From: Promethearchaeota archaeon Loki_b32
Lineage (GTDB): Archaea > Asgardarchaeota > Lokiarchaeia > Sigyniarchaeales > SOKP01
NCBI GenBank assembly: GCA_005223125.1
Contig: NJBH01000061.1
Coordinates: forward strand, 1-11,791
DNA: 11,791 bases
Direction: 5' to 3'
The translations under genes and the position numbers were made by a program. Under the pieces are notes generated by a model that saw nothing but the letters and a program-made list of their open reading frames with translations, did not search any database and was not told the origin of the DNA. Positions 1-5,723 of the stretch are shown here, piece after piece. Each line of letters opens with the position of its first letter. The stretch's first letter is position 1.

Positions 1-199
1 CCTTTTGAAATTATATTTCATCTCAGAGAAAATTCAATTTGATATATGAAAAATCAATTTGGTATTTAAAAAAAAAGCCTCTCTGAATTTAGTGGAAATT
101 TGAACAACTAGAAGTTAGATTATATCGATAACAAATAAGTAAATAATTATAATTTCCTGCATAAGTAGGAAAAGTTTGGTTTTTTCAAACAATATCTCA

Positions 200-230
200 A
201 AAATAGGAAAAGGAAAAAAGGAAAAAAAAT
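200..230 (-). terminator. Oligo-T/pyrimidine tract, probable archaeal intrinsic terminator of the zinc-ribbon gene
   Basis: The minus strand reads as several T runs separated by CC (TTTTTTTTCCTTTTTTCCTTTTCCTATTTT), starting about 10 nt after the stop at 241. Confidence 0.5.
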
Positions 231-240
231 TTAGAAAAAT

Positions 241-807
241 TTAAAGATTAGACCCACAATTAGGGCAGAAATTTCCGCCTGTCTCTATTTTATGGCCACA
301 ATAGACACAATAATTTTTTCCTTCTGTTGGTAAGGGATTTTCTAACTTTTTAGCGGGAGGGACATATTCAGTTGCGAGTTGATAAGTTATCGGTTGACCT
401 AAGATAATTTGTCCTGTTTCAACATTAAAACTATACTTTATTATTCCTTTATTTCTTAAATCTAATAACACACGTAGTAATACTTTTGGTTTCATGCCAA
501 TTTCTAAGGCAATGTGTTCTAGTTTATAAGTCCCTTGAAAGTTACGTTGGGCAAGAGCATTCTTGACAACTTGTTTATATTTATAATTCCTATAAAGTTG
601 GTCAAATCCTCCAATAAAGATAAAGAAAGCAGGTACAAAAAGCCAGTAGCCCCAATTTGCAAGTCCTATGAACTCTATATTAAAGGTTAGAAAAACTAAT
701 GATAAAATAGCAACAAAAAGAAAAACTATGGCAACAGCAAATGTTCCTATAGCTGCTTCATAAGATTCTTTATAGTAATATCTATGTTTATATTTGTCTT
801 CACTCAT
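241..807 (-). CDS. Membrane protein with two TM helices, a winged-helix-like domain and a C-terminal zinc ribbon
   Basis: Two hydrophobic segments (AAIGTFAVAIVFLFVAILSLVFL; WGYWLFVPAFFIFIGG), a wHTH-like segment (YKLEHIALEIGMKPKVLLRVLLDLRNKGII) and CVYCG...CPNCG. ATG at 807 (MSEDKY) is preferred over the ORF-track TTG at 885, which runs through AT-rich promoter-like DNA. Confidence 0.75.
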   Translation of the reverse strand: MSEDKYKHRYYYKESYEAAIGTFAVAIVFLFVAILSLVFLTFNIEFIGLANWGYWLFVPAFFIFIGGFDQLYRNYKYKQVVKNALAQRNFQGTYKLEHIALEIGMKPKVLLRVLLDLRNKGIIKYSFNVETGQIILGQPITYQLATEYVPPAKKLENPLPTEGKNYCVYCGHKIETGGNFCPNCGSNL

Positions 808-949
808 ATCAATCAAAATTTCGGTAGTACATTTTAATATAATATATAATAAAATTATATTGTTAATAATTCTTGAATAGTCCAATTTTTATAGCTTCAA
901 ATAAACAAAAATTCATTGATATTTCAATTATAGTTTATACTTCCAAAAA

Positions 950-1031
950 GAGAGAATTTTTGAGAAGAGTTTTTTTCGAAGGAAAACGAGATTAGCGAAT
1001 GATTTTTTTAAATTCTTCTCACTATTCTCTC
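950..1031. repeat. Imperfect inverted repeat / stem-loop in intergenic DNA
   Basis: 950-957 pairs with 1024-1031 (8 bp) and 961-972 pairs with 1010-1021 (12 bp, one G-U on the + strand). An inner hairpin TTTTC-GAAG-GAAAA lies at 973-986. Confidence 0.55.
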
Positions 1032-1106
1032 AAGTAGGAGAAAAGTTTTCAAAAAAACAGTTGTTATTCTATATATTTATTTTTAAACTTGTAACTTTTT
1101 TATAAA

Positions 1107-1622
1107 TTAATATTTAATTTCATCTAAAATATCATCAATATAATGAACATTTTCATACCCGGCTTCTTCTATTAGAGATCGTGATATAGATTTCTTAAAA
1201 CTCCAAATCTCAATTTCTTTCTTTAATTCTTTTAGTTTTCTTACTACATCCAGAAAATCAGAGTCACCACTTATTAAAACTGCTTTATCATAGGTATCTT
1301 CTTCAGCTAATTCTACAATATCTTTATATATAAAAACATCAACACCTTTTTGCTTTTTAATGCCTGTTGGAGAGATTATTATGGGTTTTGGCTGAATTAT
1401 AAATCCCTGAGCCCTTAAGTAGTTCAAAAAGTTGCGTTTTTTAGGTAAAATTTTATCAGGGATTCCCATATATATAAAAAAACCTATCAAGTGATGATTT
1501 TCAGAAAAGATTTCTTTTAATTTTGAATAATTAATCCTAATTTTTAGCTCTTCAATATTATGAAATATATTAGCATGGTCACAGAAGATAATCATCCTTT
1601 TTTTATCAAGAATTTGTCCCAA
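1107..1622 (-). CDS. NYN domain protein (LabA/DUF88, PIN-like fold ribonuclease)
   Basis: Motifs IIFCDHANI, KQKGVD and LISGDSDF carry the conserved acidic residues of NYN domains. The start may be TTG 1622 or ATG 1595. Confidence 0.9.
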   Translation of the reverse strand: MGQILDKKRMIIFCDHANIFHNIEELKIRINYSKLKEIFSENHHLIGFFIYMGIPDKILPKKRNFLNYLRAQGFIIQPKPIIISPTGIKKQKGVDVFIYKDIVELAEEDTYDKAVLISGDSDFLDVVRKLKELKKEIEIWSFKKSISRSLIEEAGYENVHYIDDILDEIKY

Positions 1623-1828
1623 TCTATTGTTCCCTTTGTTTTATTATTTAATATATTCCCAACTAATTATGTTGTATCAATATTTTTAGTTGGTAATTTC
1701 AAATACTAATCTAACATCTGATATAAAAAGGTATAAAATTTTCTTCTTAGATTTTTATCAAAATAATTTCAATGATAATTCTGAATCTCAGAGTATCTTG
1801 TTTTAATAGAAACATCATATAACGAAAA

Positions 1829-3439
1829 TTAAAAAATATCAAATGCTTTCCCCATCCAATATACAACAAGGTAAGATGTAGGGACCGATTGGGAAAGACT
1901 ATTTCCATTTGGATTGCCTCCTTCACCATAAAACTTGGAATGTTCCCATAGAAAACTATGAATCCCATATTCTGAAACTGTTAAAGGTAAAGTATATAAA
2001 TCATCTTCGAAATCAATGAGATCTTCGAGCCAGGAAAAAAGACTTCCATAAACGTTATTATCAAAGAAGTTTCGCCATTTTTCTTTATTGGGGTTAACTT
2101 CACTTTTTGCAATTTCTGGATTAAGACTGGTTATTCTTGTTGAGTTTGGTCTAACAGTAAGATTGTAATTTCTAATTCCATTCCCCCATCCCGAGGTATT
2201 AAATCTCCATAATTGATCGAGAACGTCCCATTTTATCATTTCAGAATTATAATTCTGATCCTCATATTTAGAGGGATTATCTATTAATGTCATGAAAACC
2301 AAATGACCAATATTAAAAAAGGCATTTCGATGGTATTTTACATATTTATAAAACTTATGTTCAAAATTTTTTATATAATGATATTGTAATTTTGGATTAT
2401 CTTCTAACATAATTAGAGCAAATTCAACATCCATACCAAAAGCTAGTGCATAAGTGTCATAAACGGTATTTTGTTTTCCTCCCATAGCAGCTTCATTCAT
2501 TGATAACATTTTTGCTGCGGTATATTGGTATAATGAATCATATTTTTCGGGTAGAGCTGTGGCACCAATCCTAAGTAGAGTCAATTGCCACATACTTCCT
2601 TCAAAGTATGGATTCAAATCGGAACCAACAGGTTCACCTTCTCCCCCTAAAACAAGCCAATTAGTTTTTCTAAATCCTTCAATCATTTGTTCTACTAATA
2701 ATTTTACGCGATCAATACACCACTTACTATTATCATCTTGATTAGGATCAATAAATTTTAGAACGCATGCAAATCCTAAATAATAGCCTGCAAGCTCATC
2801 TCTACTTGTGTGAAGACGTACTCGCCATTTCTGATACTTTCCTGTACCGTTAAAATGTCTTTCACCTTCTTCAAAAATCCAGGGATGATATTTTCGATTC
2901 TCAGGAGCACATACAAACCTAGCAGGGGTTCCAGGATAATTTGGGCCAATACCCCCATTAGGTGCCGCCATCATATTACTAAAAGCAGACACACATTTTT
3001 TTACCATTCGAGTGGCATTCAAAAGTTCATTAGCATCTCCTTCCTCTACAGCTGCTTTATATCGAAAACATTGGGATGCCAGAGTATACCCAATCTTTAA
3101 TGCACCATTATCTGTACCATGCCATATCTCAACTTCAGTATAGGTATCGTTTGTAAAGGTAATATCGACACTAATATTTGTTGGCATGTGAAATTCTTCC
3201 ATCTGATTATCATAAATATTAGCCATTTTTTCTAAGTAAGTTGAATTTCCTAAGATCTCATCTAATTTATGAAAATATTCTGTGTTAGGCGGATCTAGAT
3301 TTAATGTAAAAGAAGCGACATCATCCAATATGTAAAGGCATAAACCAACATAAGCCCCAAAACTAATAAGGGGTAATAAAAAGAGAAGAGTAATAGCTGC
3401 ATTTTTTTTTTTAAGATTCTTACGTGTTCTTATCCTCAT
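1829..3439 (-). CDS. Hypothetical membrane-anchored/secreted protein, 536 aa
   Basis: Long ORF with a basic N-terminus followed by one hydrophobic helix (AAITLLFLLPLISFGAYVGLCLYIL), then an aromatic-rich, apparently helical body. Function not recognised with certainty. Confidence 0.8.
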   Translation of the reverse strand: MRIRTRKNLKKKNAAITLLFLLPLISFGAYVGLCLYILDDVASFTLNLDPPNTEYFHKLDEILGNSTYLEKMANIYDNQMEEFHMPTNISVDITFTNDTYTEVEIWHGTDNGALKIGYTLASQCFRYKAAVEEGDANELLNATRMVKKCVSAFSNMMAAPNGGIGPNYPGTPARFVCAPENRKYHPWIFEEGERHFNGTGKYQKWRVRLHTSRDELAGYYLGFACVLKFIDPNQDDNSKWCIDRVKLLVEQMIEGFRKTNWLVLGGEGEPVGSDLNPYFEGSMWQLTLLRIGATALPEKYDSLYQYTAAKMLSMNEAAMGGKQNTVYDTYALAFGMDVEFALIMLEDNPKLQYHYIKNFEHKFYKYVKYHRNAFFNIGHLVFMTLIDNPSKYEDQNYNSEMIKWDVLDQLWRFNTSGWGNGIRNYNLTVRPNSTRITSLNPEIAKSEVNPNKEKWRNFFDNNVYGSLFSWLEDLIDFEDDLYTLPLTVSEYGIHSFLWEHSKFYGEGGNPNGNSLSQSVPTSYLVVYWMGKAFDIF

Positions 3440-3549
3440 TTAAATCATTAGTACATAGTAAGGTTCTTTTATGAATTTTGTTTAATAATATAATTTTGAT
3501 CTCTTTTTATTTAAGTTTTGAATTAAATGTTTTTAATTTGAGTTCTATT

Positions 3550-4308
3550 TTATGTATCCTCATTACCATTAACCAAATTACTCAGCCAACTTGAATTTTC
3601 ACATAATTTCTCATAGACCGTAATATCACCAAAATCTCCTCTAAATTGATTTTTATCCATTTTAATTATTCTTATCTTCCACTTTCTTGAATTAACTCCA
3701 ATCCTTATTGCTTCTGTTAATTCAAGTTCCCCTCGTTTAGAAGGTTTTAGAGTTTTTAAGACATCGAAAATTTCTGTTGAAAAGATAAAAATACCACAAT
3801 TATTAAGGTTAGATTTAGATTTGCCTTTTGGTGGTTTTTCTATGATATCTAGTAAGAAATCGTTTTTACAATAAATTACTCCACCCTTATATGGATCTGC
3901 TGTATAATTTGTAACCAGTATAAAATTCTGATTCTCTTTTTTAAATATTTCAACAACGTTGTTGTATGTAGTATAAAGAACTAAAATATCGCCCCAGGTT
4001 AAATAGAAATGAGAATCTTGAATGAACTTTTCACATAACAAAACTGCTCCACCTGTACCGTTGAGTACTTTTTGTTCAATATATTCAATCTTTATTCCCC
4101 ATTTATTTCCATCCTTAAAATAATTGATAATTTGTTCTTTTCGATAGCCTACAACAATAATTAGACTTTTAAACCCGGTATAAATCAACCCATTTATAAT
4201 ATATTCTAATAATGGTTTACCATGAATAGGTATCATTGATTTTTGGTATTCATTTGTATAAGGTTTTAGACGTTTTCCAAAACCAGCACATAATATAACA
4301 GCCTTCAA
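3550..4308 (-). CDS. Sugar-phosphate nucleotidyltransferase (NTP_transferase family, RmlA/GlmU-N-like)
   Basis: N-terminal AVILCAGFGKRLKP signature, Q...GTGGA, GDI, IIEKP and PSKRGELELT. TTG start. Confidence 0.92.
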   Translation of the reverse strand: MKAVILCAGFGKRLKPYTNEYQKSMIPIHGKPLLEYIINGLIYTGFKSLIIVVGYRKEQIINYFKDGNKWGIKIEYIEQKVLNGTGGAVLLCEKFIQDSHFYLTWGDILVLYTTYNNVVEIFKKENQNFILVTNYTADPYKGGVIYCKNDFLLDIIEKPPKGKSKSNLNNCGIFIFSTEIFDVLKTLKPSKRGELELTEAIRIGVNSRKWKIRIIKMDKNQFRGDFGDITVYEKLCENSSWLSNLVNGNEDT

Positions 4309-4687
4309 TAGATTTCTACACCATTACTTGTTTTTATAATAGATGCTTCTCCTCCCCTTTTTTCAATCGATTCAACAAGTAAATCTTCATGTCTCCAGTA
4401 ATTTTAACCTTATACCCACTTTGAAATTTGAAGCCATTTCGTATAAATTGATTATAACCACTTCTAATATAATCTCTTCTTGACTGATATTCCAATTCTT
4501 CATTATTTAATTTTATTTCAATAAATTCATTTAAATCTGAAAGTTCTATTGCAAGTGTTAGACTAGATATTTTTTCTGCTTTTAAATGTATATATTTAGA
4601 TATAGCCATCGCAATAATGGGATAGTTTAAGTAATCTTGATGCTCACCAAATAAATTTATCCGACCTGGAGCTCGTACGCGAATCAT
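4305..4687 (-). pseudogene. galK: Galactokinase-family (GHMP kinase) gene with a large internal deletion and frameshift
   Basis: The N-terminus has the galactokinase signature APGRINLFGEHQDY, but homology stops at KITGD, just before the expected PxxxGLSSSA ATP-binding loop. A second frame at 4391-4305 reads HEDLLVESIEKRGGEASIIKTSNGVEIY*, resembling a GHMP-kinase C-terminus, and its TGA overlaps the TTG of the next gene. Confidence 0.8.
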
Positions 4688-4710
4688 AATATCAAGATAT
4701 CACAGATGTA

Positions 4711-4728
4711 TTATAATTCTTTTTTTTT
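4711..4728 (-). promoter_or_regulatory. Putative BRE/TATA promoter for the galK-nucleotidyltransferase operon (leaderless spacing)
   Basis: The minus strand reads AAAAAAAAAGAATTATAA, a purine run followed by TTATAA about 24 nt upstream of ATG 4687. The AT-rich background limits certainty. Confidence 0.35.
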
Positions 4729-4807
4729 CAAATTACGTAGATACTATTGAATTATTAAATAAATTTTTAATATTCTTTAAAATATTTAATTTTAACTCCT
4801 GAGATTG

Positions 4808-5554
4808 ATGATTTGCGACGTTATAATAATTAAAGACGGATTACCTTTATTCTCTAAGAATTTTTCTAATTCAAGCATTAAAAACCTTCTTTCTCAGGAA
4901 GACAATCTTATTATGATATCTGGCTTTTTTGCAGCTTTAAATTCTTTTTCAGATTCATTTGAAGATCTTGGAACTATCAGTGAATTAAAATTGTCAAACA
5001 ATAATTTAAAGTTATCTTTCTTGAAAGATTCAAATGTTCCAGATTTAATTTATCTTGCGACGTATGACGATAAATCGGAATTAATAAACGTCCAACAAAT
5101 TTTAAAAAATATTTCTAATTTTTTTTTAACAGAATTTAGTATTAAGCAAATTTCAAACTGGAATGGAAAACTAGATTATTTTAAGCCATTTGAAAATATT
5201 GTTCAACAATTTCTTGATGAAGAAAATAGAAAAAGTCAAGATCAAGCTAATAATAAAATATTCGAATTTTTCAATAGTTTTGTAGAAGAAGAAAAAATAC
5301 CATTAGCACCAATAAAAGAGATTGAAAATATCGAAGAAATGCCAGAGTACTATGAATATGTCCCTATCTTCACAACATCAAAAAAAATTAATCCTAAATA
5401 TTATTTAACAGGAGATAGTTCCTGTAAAGTTTATGAACAAATAAATGGAGAAAAATCAATTGTTCAAATAGCCAATAAGTTAAATCTAAACCAAAAACAA
5501 GTATATAATGTATGTAAAAATCTCATAAAGATGGGATTTCTCTCTTTCAATTAA
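4808..5554 (+). CDS. Longin-like domain protein with C-terminal winged helix (NPRL2-like architecture)
   Basis: The N-terminal pattern VIIIKDGLPLFSKNF...LIMISGFFAALNSFS...ISELKL...LIYLATYD is typical of Asgard longin-like domains. The C-terminal QINGEKSIVQIANKLNLNQKQVYNVCKNLIKMG is a wHTH. ATG 4808 follows TTG 4805. Confidence 0.7.
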   Translation: MICDVIIIKDGLPLFSKNFSNSSIKNLLSQEDNLIMISGFFAALNSFSDSFEDLGTISELKLSNNNLKLSFLKDSNVPDLIYLATYDDKSELINVQQILKNISNFFLTEFSIKQISNWNGKLDYFKPFENIVQQFLDEENRKSQDQANNKIFEFFNSFVEEEKIPLAPIKEIENIEEMPEYYEYVPIFTTSKKINPKYYLTGDSSCKVYEQINGEKSIVQIANKLNLNQKQVYNVCKNLIKMGFLSFN

Positions 5555-5723
5555 TTTAATGCCATTTATAACATTATTATTATTAATTTTTTACCACAAA
5601 ATATGATTTGAATGTTTTGTTCCCTTGTCAATCACAAATTTTTCTTCCAAAAAATATTAATATTGGTAAATTCTTATTAAAATAGAGTAAAAAATCATAA
5701 TAACAGATGTTTTGGTGTAAAAA

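Noticed and set aside
23-86. TCAGAGA / TCTCTGA inverted pair
   Set aside because: Only 7 bp with a 50-nt spacer; expected by chance.
950-1031. Possible SECIS element (Lokiarchaeia use eukaryote-like SECIS)
   Set aside because: No properly placed AUGA/GA quartet, and no neighbouring gene with an in-frame TGA at a Cys-like position.
1747-1968. 73-aa minus-strand ORF
   Set aside because: Alternate-frame overlap with the 3' end of the 536-aa gene; no motifs.
2559-3100. Three short ORFs (2559-2741 +, 2776-2958 -, 2810-3100 +)
   Set aside because: Shadow ORFs wholly inside the 536-aa CDS.
4334-4687. 117-aa ORF as an intact small protein
   Set aside because: It lacks the GHMP ATP-binding motif, and its last ~18 residues are an out-of-frame read of the original C-terminus.
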